Shown piece after piece: positions 37,721 through 47,274 of a stretch of 64,000 nucleotides of DNA. The notes below the pieces were generated by a model, which was not told the origin of the DNA, did not search any database, and saw only the letters and a list, made by a program, of their open reading frames with translations. This stretch comes from an uncultured Thermoleophilia bacterium (GTDB taxonomy: Bacteria > Actinomycetota > Thermoleophilia > UBA2241), in NCBI GenBank assembly GCA_963715985.1, contig CAVQSP010000010.1, forward strand, positions 192,001-256,000. The letters run 5' to 3'. How positions within the stretch are numbered: position 1 is the stretch's first letter; every line of letters begins with the position of its first letter. The translations under genes were made by a program, and so were the position numbers.

Positions 37721-38564
37721 TCAGCCCAGAGGGATGAGCCTGTCCACGGCCTCGGCCGCGCCGTCCGCCCAGTGCGGCAGGTGCGGTATGGGCCGCTCGG
37801 TGACGAGCGCGGAGAAGGCCGGCCGCGGGGCCGGCCGGTCCAGCTCGGCCGTACTGATGGGCAGCACCTCGACGTCGATGCCGGCGAGCTGCACCACTTC
37901 CTGGGCCAGCTCGCACCACGAGCAGTAGCCGCCGCCGGCCATGTGGTACACGCCGGCCCCGACGCCCTGCCGCAGCGCCTCGTCGATGGCGCCGGCCAGG
38001 TGCGGCGCGTAGGTGGGCGAGCCGATCTGGTCGTCCACGACGCGGAGGGGCTCGCCGGCGGCGGCCTTCTCGGCGCGCCGCCTCGAGGATGGTCTTCACG
38101 AAGTTCCTGCCGGTCTCGCTGAACAGCCAGGAGGTACGCACCGAGATGCCGCGCGCCCACTCGAGCACCGCCTCCTCGCCGGCCAGTTTGGTGCGCGCGT
38201 ACACGCCGAGCGGGTTGGGAAGGTCGCTCTCCACGTACGGGCTGCCCTTGAGGCCGTCGAAGATGTAGTCGGTACTGATGTACACCAGCGTGGTGTGCGT
38301 GCCGCGCACCGCGCTGACAACGTTGCGCGTGCCTTGCACGTTGATCGCCTCGGCCAGGTCCGGGTGCGCCTCCGCCCCGTCCACGTCCGTGTAGGCGGCC
38401 GTGTGCAGCACGACGTCGGGGGCGAAGCCGTGCACGGCCGCGTACACGGCATCCGCGTCGCGGATGTCCAGCGCGGCCTCCCGGCTGAGAAAGACGTCGC
38501 CCTCGAGGATCTTCTCGAACGCCGTGGCGAGCTGGCCGCCGGCGCCGGTGACGAACCATCTCAC
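37721..38564 (-). CDS. rfbD: dTDP-4-dehydrorhamnose reductase (frameshift near 38070)
   Basis: VTGAGGQL, AAYTDVD, ISTDYIFDG, YARTKLAGE; then DDQIGSPT and APRPAFS in another frame. Confidence 0.9.
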
Positions 38565-39050
38565 CGCAGCTGCACGCCCCAGTCATAGTCGATGGCGGGC
38601 GTGTCGTGCGGCAGCTCGAGCTGATCGGGGTCGTCGTACTTGTACACCTCGGTCGGCGCGTTGACGATGTACGCCTCCTCCAGTGCTCACGCACTTCCAG
38701 CCGTGCCACAGGCCCGGCGGCACGCGCACCAGCAGCGGGTTGTGCTCGCCGAGGAAGAACTGGTCGATCTGCCCGGCCGTCGGCGATGCCGGCTGCCCGG
38801 GGGCCGCGGCCTCGCCCTTCACGCCGCGGCCGTCGAACAGAACGAGCTTGATCATGCCCTTGACGCAGACGATGTTGTCCCACTGCGCGTCGTGCAGGTG
38901 CCAGCCCTTGACCACCCCGGGGAACGTGGTGGTCATGTAGAACTGCCCGAACCGGATGAAGAGCTCATCGTCGTTGCGCAGGCACTCCATGAGGCGGCCG
39001 CGGTCGTCCGGGACCACCTTGAGCTTCTTGATCATCACGCCGTCGATCAT
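38561..39050 (-). CDS. rfbC: dTDP-4-dehydrorhamnose 3,5-epimerase (frameshift near 38680)
   Basis: PDDRGRLME, PGVVKGWHLH, VPPGLWHGWK, ends IDYDWGVQLR-stop overlapping the rfbD start. Confidence 0.88.
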
Positions 39051-39064
39051 GCCGTTCTGCCTCC

Positions 39065-40129
39065 CTAGAGGATGCCGATCTGGCAGGAGTCGCCCACCAT
39101 GAAGCGGTAGGCCACGGGCCGCGCCTCGCTGTGGGCGATCACGCAGTCGCGGCCGATGAGGCTGTCCGACATGCGCGCCCCCAGGCGGCAGATGCGGCTG
39201 TTCTCGAGGATGATGGAGTGCTCGATCTCCGCGTGCTCCACGACGACCCCGTCGCTGATCGACGTGTAGGGTCCGACGAAGGTGTCGGAGAGGCGGCAGC
39301 CGGCGCCGATCACCACAGGCCCGCGCACCGTGCAGCGCTCGAGCACGCTGCCGGGGCCGACCTGCACCGGACCCTCGAGGGTGCTCTCCACGAGCTCTCC
39401 CTCGATGCGGCCCTCGATCGTGCTGAGGATGAGGCGGTTGGCCTCCAGCATGTCCTCGAGCTTGCCGGTGTCCTTCCACCAGCCGCTCACCACGTGCGGT
39501 TCCACGCGCAGGCCGCGGTCGATCATGTGCTGGATGGCGTCGGTGATCTCGAGCTCGCCGCGGGCCGAGGGGCGGATGGCCTTCACGCTCTCGAAGACGG
39601 CCGGCGTGAAGAGGTACACGCCGACCAGCGCCAGGTCGCTCCGCGGCTCGGCGGGCTTCTCCACGAGCCGCACGACGCGGCCCCCGTCGAGCTCGGCGAT
39701 GCCGTAGGACTTGGGGTCGCTCGACCTGCTGCAGGAGGATGAGCGCGTCGGGCGCACTCTCTTCGAACGTCGTGCACGAAGGGCGCGATGCCCTCCTTGA
39801 GCAGGTTGTCGCCGAGGTACATGACGAAGGGGCTGCCGGCGAGGAACGCCTCGCTGATGAGCACCGCGTGGGCGAGGCCGAGCGGCGCCTCCTGGGGCAG
39901 GTAGGTGACGGCGAGGCCGAAGCGGCTGCCGTCGCCCACGGCGGCCTCGATCTCGGCGCGCGTGTCGCCGACCACGATGCCGACCTCGTTCGATGCCGGC
40001 GGCGCGCATCGCCTCGAGGCCGTAGAAGAGCACGGGCTTGTTGGCCACCGGCACGAGCTGCTTGGCCGAGGTGTGGGTGATGGGGCGCAGGCGCGTGCCG
40101 GCGCCGCCGCTGAGGATGAGGCCTTTCAT
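39065..40129 (-). CDS. rfbA: Glucose-1-phosphate thymidylyltransferase, long form (compensating frameshifts)
   Basis: LSGGAGTRLRPITHTSAKQLVPVANKP, QEAPLGLAHAV, YLGDN, RGELEITDA, GWWKDTG. Confidence 0.93.
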   Translation of the reverse strand: MKGLILSGGAGTRLRPITHTSAKQLVPVANKPVLFYGLEAMRAAGIERGRHRGRRHARRDRGRRGRRQPLRPRRHLPAPGGAARPRPRGAHQRGVPRRQPLRHVPRRQPAQGGHRALRARRSKRVRPTRSSSCSRSSDPKSYGIAELDGGRVVRLVEKPAEPRSDLALVGVYLFTPAVFESVKAIRPSARGELEITDAIQHMIDRGLRVEPHVVSGWWKDTGKLEDMLEANRLILSTIEGRIEGELVESTLEGPVQVGPGSVLERCTVRGPVVIGAGCRLSDTFVGPYTSISDGVVVEHAEIEHSIILENSRICRLGARMSDSLIGRDCVIAHSEARPVAYRFMVGDSCQIGIL

Positions 40130-40152
40130 GGGCGTTGTCGCCGGCGCGGGCC

Positions 40153-40429
40153 TCAGATGATCTCGTCGCCCGGGAGCTCCGCGTCCGTCTCCGTGGAGAG
40201 CAGGTCGAGCACGCGTGACTCGTCGACGGCCTTGCCGACGAACATCACGTTGGGCCCGGCGAACAGCGTCACGCGGGCGCCCACGGGCAGCGGCAGCGGC
40301 GCTCCGTCCAGGATGATGCTGGTGAGGGTGGAGTGCTCGACGTCGCGCTCCACCTCGCAGCTGTCGATGGCGAACGCCTCTGTGTCACCGAACTGCAGCC
40401 GCGGCTGCTTGTCTGCGCCCGATCTTCAT
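40153..40429 (-). CDS. Hypothetical protein (about 91 aa; frameshift near start)
   Basis: MKIG/ADKQPRLQFGDTEAFAIDSCEVERD...; TATACT 7 nt before ATG; coding-like codon bias. Confidence 0.55.
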
Positions 40430-40479
40430 GCGCGTGAGTATAGCAGTGCACGGGCTTTATCGCGCCGTGGCGCGAGGGC

Positions 40480-40982
40480 TCAGGAGGCGAAGCGAGGTAG
40501 GGGCTGCCAGCTCTCGTGGACGTGGTCCACGTGCATGAAGACGAAGGACGCCGGCTCCGGCGGGCGCGGCTTGCGCATCAGGCTCAGGCCGACGACGTGC
40601 GGGGCGCTGTCGCCCTTCTTGCGGTTGCACGGGGCGCACGAGGTGACGAGGTTGTCCCAGGTGTCGGTGCCGCCCTTGGAGCGGGGCACGACGTGGTCCA
40701 CGGTGAGGTGCCGCTCGCTGCCGCAGTACTGGCAGCGGTGCCGGTCGCGGGCGAACACCGCGCGCCTCGAGATGCGCGCCGAGCCGCGGTGACGCGGCGC
40801 GTTGACGTAGGTGCGAAGGCGGATGACCAGGGGAGCTCGTGGGAGGCACGTTCGCTGCGGAAGGCCGCGCCCGACTGTTCGAGCACTTCTGCCTTGTCCT
40901 TGAAGAGGAGCACCAGCGCCCGCCGCACGCTGCACACGTTCAGCGGCTCGTAGGTCGTGTTGAAGACAAGCACCTTCCGCAT
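40480..40982 (-). CDS. HNH endonuclease (frameshift near 40830)
   Basis: VLVFNTTYEPLNV...RRALVL; VFARDRHRCQYCG...LTVDHVVPRSKGG..TWDNLVTSCAPCNRKKG. Confidence 0.9.
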
Positions 40983-41065
40983 GGCCGCCGATAGTAGCAG
41001 AAAGGTGCGCGATAGAGGGAGCCGGGCGGCGCGCGGCGGGCCCCGCGCTGTCGGTATACTGCCGT

Positions 41066-42452
41066 GTGGACCTCTTCTCGATCAGCGACGAGCAGGTCGC
41101 GGCCGAGGCGCCGCTGGCGGCGCGCATGCGGCCGCGCACACTGGCCGAGTTCGTGGGTCAGGAGCACATCGTCGGCGCCGGGCACGGTGCTGCGCGCCGC
41201 CATCGAGGGCGGCGAGCTGTTCAGCATGATCTTCTTCGGGCCGCCCGGGCTCGGGCAAGACCACCTTGGCGCGCCTCATCGCCGCCCAGACCGGCGCCCG
41301 ACTCGTGCAGCTCTCGGCGGTCAGTTCCGGCACCGCCGACGTGCGCGCCGCCATCCAGGGCGCGCGCGAGGCGCGCGCCCTCAGCGCGGCGCGCACGCTG
41401 CTCTTCATCGACGAGATCCACCGCTTCAACAAGGCCCAGCAGGACGCGCTTCTGCCGGCCATCGAGGACGCCGTGGTCACGCTGATCGGGGCGACCACGG
41501 AGAACCCGTTCTTCGAGGTGAACTCGGCGCTCCTCTCGCGCTGCCAGCTCTACCGCTTCGAGCAGCTGCCCGCCCGAACTCGTGGAGCGCGTGGTCCGGG
41601 CGCGCTGGACGACGCGGAGCGCGGCCTGGGCGGCCGGGGGGTGACCCTGGCCGAGGGCGGCCTCGCCTTTCTCGCGGAGATCTCGCGCGGCGACGCGCGC
41701 GTGGCGCTCAACGCCCTCGAGACCGCCTGGCGTTCGCGGGCCGCGGGGGCCAGGCGCGGTCTCGCCGCCGGCGCCGCCGGACGGCCGTCGCGCTCACGCT
41801 CGACGACCTTCGGGACGCGGCCCAGAAGAGCCCCGTGTCGTACGACCGCGAGGATGCGCACTACGACACCATCTCCGCCTTCATCAAGAGCATGCGCGGC
41901 AGCGACGCCGGACGCGGCCGTGTACTACCTGGCCTCGATGATCGCCGGCGGCGAGGACCCGCGCTTCATCGCGCGGCGCATGATCGTGTTCGCCAGCGAG
42001 GACGTGGGCAACGCCGACCCGCAGGCGCTGCAGGTGGCGGTCGCGGCCTCCCGCGCGGTCGAGTGGGTCGGCCTTCCGGAGTGCCGCATCAATCTGAGCC
42101 AGGCGGCCGCGTACCTGGCGCTGGCGCCCAAGAGCAACGCCTCGTACAAGGCGGTGGACGCGGCGCTCGAGGATGTGCGCCGGGAGGGCAACCTGGCGCC
42201 GCCGCCGCACCTGCGCGACGCGAACTACCGGGGCGGCGAAGCAGCTCGGGCACGGCGCCGGGTACCAGTACCCGCACGGCCACGGCGGCTGGGTGGAGCA
42301 GCAGTACCTGCCCGATCAGCTCTCAGGCCGCCGCTACTACGTGCCGATACGCGGAGTCGAGCGAGGAGATGGCGGCCCGCCTCGAACAAGACAAGCGGCG
42401 GGCCGCGGAACGACCCTCTCCACCGGCGGACGACGGAGCGCGGCATGAGTAG
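41066..42452 (+). CDS. rarA: Replication-associated recombination protein RarA/MgsA (multiple frameshifts)
   Basis: PLAARMRPRTL, FGPPG, DEIHRFNKAQQD, GATTENP, ISAFIKSMRGSD, ASEDVGNADP, PPHLRD, YQYPH. Confidence 0.92.
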
Positions 42453-42842
42453 CGTGTACGTGACCATCATCATCTTCCTGATCGTCGCGCTGGTCGCGCT
42501 CGCCATCGTATGGTGGTACGCGAGGCGCGTGAAGGACGATCTCGACGACTCCCCACGGCATCGTGGCCGGCGCCCGCGGCGTCATCGAGCTGCGGCCGGA
42601 GAGCGTCGCCCAGCTGCGTGCCCTGAGCGCGGAGCCCATCCTGCTCAAGCAGGGGGAGGACGGAGTGCGCGTGCAGATCGAGCACCGCCCGATGATGCCG
42701 CTCATGGCCTTCCTCGGCAAAGACGTCAGCTCGGCGCTGCAGGAGACGGCGGGTGAGGTGACGGAGCGCTACGGGGTCAAGTGGGTGGTGCTGGTGAGCG
42801 TTCGACGAGGACGGACGCGTGACGGTGCAGCGGCTCGCCTGA
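42445..42842 (+). CDS. Hypothetical protein with N-terminal TM (frameshifted)
   Basis: MSSVYVTIIIFLIVALVALAIVWWY then GVIELRPESVAQL...WVVLVSV; coupled to the rarA end. Confidence 0.6.
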
Positions 42843-42989
42843 GCGCGCCGCGCAGGACTGCCGGAGCGCGAACCGTATACAGGGCTGTACACTGGTAAAG
42901 TCCGTGTCCGTTTCTTCCGAAGTACACACAGCCGGATCCGCGCGCCCGTGCGGCTGGCGAGACGCTGGGCACCGGCCTAGGAGGCAGCG

Positions 42990-44561
42990 ATGAAGCGGCT
43001 CTTCAAGATCCTTTTGGGACTCTCCGTCGGGGCGGCCATCGGCATGCTGTTCGCTCCCAAGAGCGGCAAGGAACTGCGGCAGCAACTGCTCGGCACGGCC
43101 ACGGGCAGGATGCTGCCCGCCGCGCCGGTGGAGTTCCCCCAGCCCGAGCACGAACGCGACTGGGGCGGCACGGCGACCGCCGTGGCAGAACCGCCCGTGT
43201 TCGAGGCGGAGCCTTCGGTCGTCGAGGAGACGGTGATCGTCGAAGAGAAGGTCATCACCGATGAGGGTGTGGTCGAGGACCTGGTCACCATCGAGGAGCG
43301 CATCGTCACCCCCGAGGGCGAGGTCGTCGAGGAGACCGTCATCGAGGAGGAGACGCTCGTCATCGAGGAGGAGACGCTCGCCGTCGAGGGGCCCGTCGAC
43401 GGATCGGTGGACTTGCGCACGCGCATCGAGGAGACGCGCGCCGAGGTAGAGACATCCCTCGCCGAGCCGTTCGGCGGCGAGGCGCCGACGGAAGAGACTG
43501 AGACTGTCGGTCGACGAGATCGTGGTCGCCGAGGAGCCGGTCGCCGAGGAGGTCGTGGTCGCGGAAGAGACGGTGATCGAGGAGACCGTGGTCGAGGACA
43601 TCGACACCGGTGACGTGGTCGTCACGGAGAGCGTCACCGAGACGACCGTCTCTGAGCAGGCGGACGTGGAGGGACCTCCGCTCGAGGCGACCATGGAGCC
43701 GGCCGGCCCCGCCGTTCTCGAGGAACCGGCGCCGGCGTGGACGGCCGAGGCGGATGTGGTGGCCCCGCCCGAAGAGGCGGCGGCGCCGCTCGTAGAAGAG
43801 CACCCGGGCGCCCCCCGGGCTTGGGACAAGTGGGAGCATGAGAGGAGCCTGAGGGCGTCGCCGTCGAGGAGCCGGCGACGGCTGCGGTCGTCGAGGAGGT
43901 AGCGAGCGAGGTCGCCGAGGAGGCTTCGGTGATCGTCGCGGAGCCTGAGGTGGCGGCCGGCGACGCCGAACCGGCCTACGTCGCCCCCGAGCCTGAGGCA
44001 CCGGAGATCGAACCTGGGGTCGAGGCGGCCGTCGTGGAGGCGGCCGTCGTGGAGGCGGCCGTCGAGGACGGGCCGTCGTGGAGGCGGCCGTCGTGGATGA
44101 GACCGCGGCGCGGTCGCGGCGCCGAGGCCGCGGTCGCCGGATGCCCGCACCTCGAGGAGGTCGTCGTCGCCGAACCGGCGCCGGCGTTCGCCCCGGACGC
44201 TACGGTCGTGGAGCCGCCGATGGCTCCCGTGGCGGAGGCGGCCGTGATCGCGGAGGAGCCGGCGGTCGTCGCGGAAGAGCCCGCCCCCGTCGTCGAAGAG
44301 CCTGCTCCTGGGGCCGAGGAGCCTGCTCCGGCCGAGCCCGCAGCGGCCTCGACGGGCGCCATCGACCAAGCCGAGATGCGCCGCCGCATCGAAGAGACGA
44401 GGGCTCGTCTCAAGGCCAAGGCCTTCGACGCCATGATGAGCGGCGAGGCGGCGTTGCTGGGCCGCGACAGCGAGGGCCGGATTCCGGAACCGGAGGAGAT
44501 CAAGCTGGACGGCGACGTGGAGAGCACCATCGACGAGTCGCTGTCGCAGGAAGACTACTGA
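42990..44561 (+). CDS. YtxH-domain protein with long Glu/Val/Ala/Pro-rich linker (frameshifted)
   Basis: GLSVGAAIGMLFAPKSGKELR (YtxH); the acidic low-complexity tract continues through frames to RRRIEETRARLKAKAF...QEDY. Confidence 0.75.
44022..44097 (+). repeat. 15-bp tandem repeat (GAGGCGGCCGTCGTG, EAAVV) inside the YtxH-protein linker
   Basis: About 4-5 imperfect copies visible. Confidence 0.7.
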
Positions 44562-44585
44562 GCCGGCGACCCAAGGCCGGCGAGT

Positions 44586-44626
44586 GACGAAGGGGGCGGG
44601 CGCCGCAGGCGCCCGCCCCCTTCGTC
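44586..44626. terminator. Bidirectional hairpin between convergent genes
   Basis: 19-bp perfect stem GACGAAGGGGGCGGGCGCC-gca-GGCGCCCGCCCCCTTCGTC. Confidence 0.7.
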
Positions 44627-44650
44627 GTCCGCTCGCCGACGCGCCGCGGA

Positions 44651-46498
44651 TCAGCTCTGCAGATCGTCGTCCCGCGGCCGGCCGGTCGTGCCGCGCCGGC
44701 GCCGCGGCGCTGGTCGCGCGCCGGCCGCCGGCCTCGTGCGGCGCGGCGGCCTCGGCTCGCTGGTGAGCTGGGCGGCCCACTCCTCATCGGTCATGCGCTC
44801 AGGGCCGCGCCGCTCGATGGCGGGCCAGGAGAGCGCGCCGGGTGCCAGCCCGCGCTCGTGGAGCGTGTGCGCGAGCACGCCGGCCGTGGACAGGAACAGC
44901 ACGCCCAGCAGCACCGCCCCCGCCGGGATGGTGCGGTTCTCGAGGAGCAGGAAGAAGTACCACCAGACCCCGGCTCCCAGCTCGAGGCGCGTGGCGTAGT
45001 ACGCGAGCACGATGGCGATCATGACCAGCCCCAGATACGCGGGCAGGATCGAGCGCATCCAGCCGCCCGGTCTGGCGAGCGGCCACAGGATGCCCGCCGG
45101 CACCACCAGAAGCACGGCGTAGGGGTTCACCAGCATCGCGAGCAGCGCGATGGCCACGAGGATGCCGTGGGCCGCGAAGATCGTGGCGCGCGGGTCGGTG
45201 TGCACGCGCCGCCGAAGGCGGCGCTCCACTGCCACCGCGTACCAGTAGGCGAGGAGGAGCAGCGCCGCGAGGATGGCCACGCGCAGGTAGCGAGGGTTGC
45301 CGGCCAGTTGGGAGTCGGGCGGGATCACGGCGCCGGGACTCTTGGGCAGCTGCCCGACCAGGTTGGCGAGGTAGATGATGGCCAGCAGAACGAGCCACGG
45401 GGCGAAGTGGAGGGCTGCACGGACGCCGGCCGGCCGCAGGCGTATGCGCGCCCGGCGACAATGCGCGAAGAGGTCCACGGTGACGGCGAGCAGGGGCAGG
45501 AGGAGCGCCGCGAGCATGACGGCCAGCGACCCTCCCGGCAGCGTGCGCGTGTGCGTGAGGAAGATGGTGCCGCCGCTCGGCGCCCCTTGCGCGGTGAGGC
45601 CGTCGATGGCCATGAGCATCGCCTGCACCGCGGTGCCGACCTTGGTCAGCGTCTCCTTGGAGACGTTGGCCAGGGTGTCACTCTGGGGCGGGACCCTCTC
45701 GCCGGCCGCGGACACCGTGATGCCGGGCACGCCGCGCGCCACGAAGGGTCCCTGGCTGCCCGACCCGGTCGGCACCGCCAGGCGCACCACCTGCGCCGCG
45801 ATGGTGGGCAGCAGCGCCTCCATGTTGGCGTGGACGCGGGCCGCGGGTGCCGCCAGTTGCCAGAGCCAGGGCGGCGCCACCTTGGGAGCCGCGCTCCAGC
45901 CGTCCAGGCCGATGCCCTGGGGGTCGCGCGTGGCCACCTCCCGCAGGGCGATGACACCGTAGACGTTGTCCAGCTCGTGGTCCTCGGCGAAGTGCAGGGA
46001 GCCGAGCGCGCCGTACGCGTCGCCGCTGGTGCACAGGTAGATGAAGCTGTGGTCGTGGGCGGTGACGGTGAACGAGCGCGCGAGGGCGAGCATGGCGGCG
46101 ACTCCCGACGCGTTGTCGTTGGCGCCTTGGGTGGCCACGGCCGGCACGTCGCGATTGGCGATCACGATGACGGTACCGGGGACCGTCCCCCGGGAGATCG
46201 CCCACACGTTCTGCAGGGCGACGTCCTTGCCGTTGATGGTCGCCGGGAAGCTGTCGATGTGGGTCTCCAGCCCCATCTGCTTGAACTGCTGCACGATCCA
46301 CAGCGCGAGGCGGTTGTCGGGGTCGCTGCCCGCGACGCGTTGCGGGTAGTCCACGACGATGGTGCGCACGTCTGCGGCAGCTTGCTCGCCGTCGAACGAC
46401 ACGGGCTCGGAGCTGAGTTTGGGGGTGTCGGCGCTGCCCAGCGTGAAGAGGCAGACGACGATGAGGATGAAGGCCAGGACCCAGGCGGCTCTGTACAC
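44651..46498 (-). CDS. M28 peptidase-like membrane protein with degenerate metal site
   Basis: N-terminal TM, PQRVAGS, GANDNASGVAAMLALAR; about six C-terminal TM helices. Confidence 0.75.
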   Translation of the reverse strand: MYRAAWVLAFILIVVCLFTLGSADTPKLSSEPVSFDGEQAAADVRTIVVDYPQRVAGSDPDNRLALWIVQQFKQMGLETHIDSFPATINGKDVALQNVWAISRGTVPGTVIVIANRDVPAVATQGANDNASGVAAMLALARSFTVTAHDHSFIYLCTSGDAYGALGSLHFAEDHELDNVYGVIALREVATRDPQGIGLDGWSAAPKVAPPWLWQLAAPAARVHANMEALLPTIAAQVVRLAVPTGSGSQGPFVARGVPGITVSAAGERVPPQSDTLANVSKETLTKVGTAVQAMLMAIDGLTAQGAPSGGTIFLTHTRTLPGGSLAVMLAALLLPLLAVTVDLFAHCRRARIRLRPAGVRAALHFAPWLVLLAIIYLANLVGQLPKSPGAVIPPDSQLAGNPRYLRVAILAALLLLAYWYAVAVERRLRRRVHTDPRATIFAAHGILVAIALLAMLVNPYAVLLVVPAGILWPLARPGGWMRSILPAYLGLVMIAIVLAYYATRLELGAGVWWYFFLLLENRTIPAGAVLLGVLFLSTAGVLAHTLHERGLAPGALSWPAIERRGPERMTDEEWAAQLTSEPRPPRRTRPAAGARPAPRRRRGTTGRPRDDDLQS

Positions 46499-46569
46499 CT
46501 TGAGGTTGGGCAGGGAGGACCTCCTTGGGCGTGCCGTGCATCCTATCAGACGCAGGATAAAATGGATTC

Positions 46570-47274
46570 ATGACTCCCCCCGTTCGCATCCTCGTCGTCG
46601 AGGACGAGGCGCACATCGCAGAAGTCGTGCAGAGCTACCTGGAACGCGAAGGCCACATGGTGGCGTGGGCGGCTTCGGGCGAGGACGGCCTGGATGACTT
46701 CGACCGTCGCCGCCCCGATCTCGTCGTGCTCGACCTCAACCTGCCGGGCATCTCCGGCGAGGACGTGTGCCGGCGCATCCGCGCCGGCTCGGACGTACCG
46801 ATCATCATGCTCACGGCGCGCGACGGGGAGGAGGACCTGGTCAAGGGCCTCGAGCTGGGCGCGGACGACTACCTCACCAAGCCCTTCAGCCCACGGGAGC
46901 TCACGGCGCGCGTGCGCGCCCTCCTGCGGCGGGCGCGCAGCGATGAGACTCCGCAGGCCGACGTGCTGGAGCGCGCCGGCGGGCGGCTGGTGCTGGACAC
47001 CGCCCGCCGGCGCGTCACCCTGGACGGTGAGCCCGTCGATCTCACCGAGTCCGAGTTCCGCCTGCTGCAGACCCTGGCGCGCTTCCCCGGCCGCGTGTAC
47101 ACGCGCTTCGAGCTCGTCGAGAAGGTCCAGGGCTACGAGTACGAAGGCTACGAGCGCACCATCGACGCGCACGTCAAGAACCTGCGCCACAAGCTCGGGG
47201 AGGACGCCCGCCGCCCCGAGCTCGTACAGACCGTGTACGGCCGCGGGTACTGCTTCGCGGAGGATCAGAGATGA
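46570..47274 (+). CDS. OmpR-family response regulator
   Basis: VVEDE, LDLNLPG, MLTAR, GADDYLTKPFS, RTIDAHVKNLRHKL, TVYGRGY. Confidence 0.95.
   Translation: MTPPVRILVVEDEAHIAEVVQSYLEREGHMVAWAASGEDGLDDFDRRRPDLVVLDLNLPGISGEDVCRRIRAGSDVPIIMLTARDGEEDLVKGLELGADDYLTKPFSPRELTARVRALLRRARSDETPQADVLERAGGRLVLDTARRRVTLDGEPVDLTESEFRLLQTLARFPGRVYTRFELVEKVQGYEYEGYERTIDAHVKNLRHKLGEDARRPELVQTVYGRGYCFAEDQR

Noticed and set aside
40480-40982. HNH nuclease as a defence or mobile element
   Set aside because: It resembles the common stand-alone actinobacterial HNH family; no methylase, intron, transposase or flanking repeats are nearby.
42875-42892. Short palindrome TACAG-GG-CTGTA upstream of the YtxH gene
   Set aside because: Only 5-bp arms, overlapping a TACACT -10-like box; not enough for an operator call.
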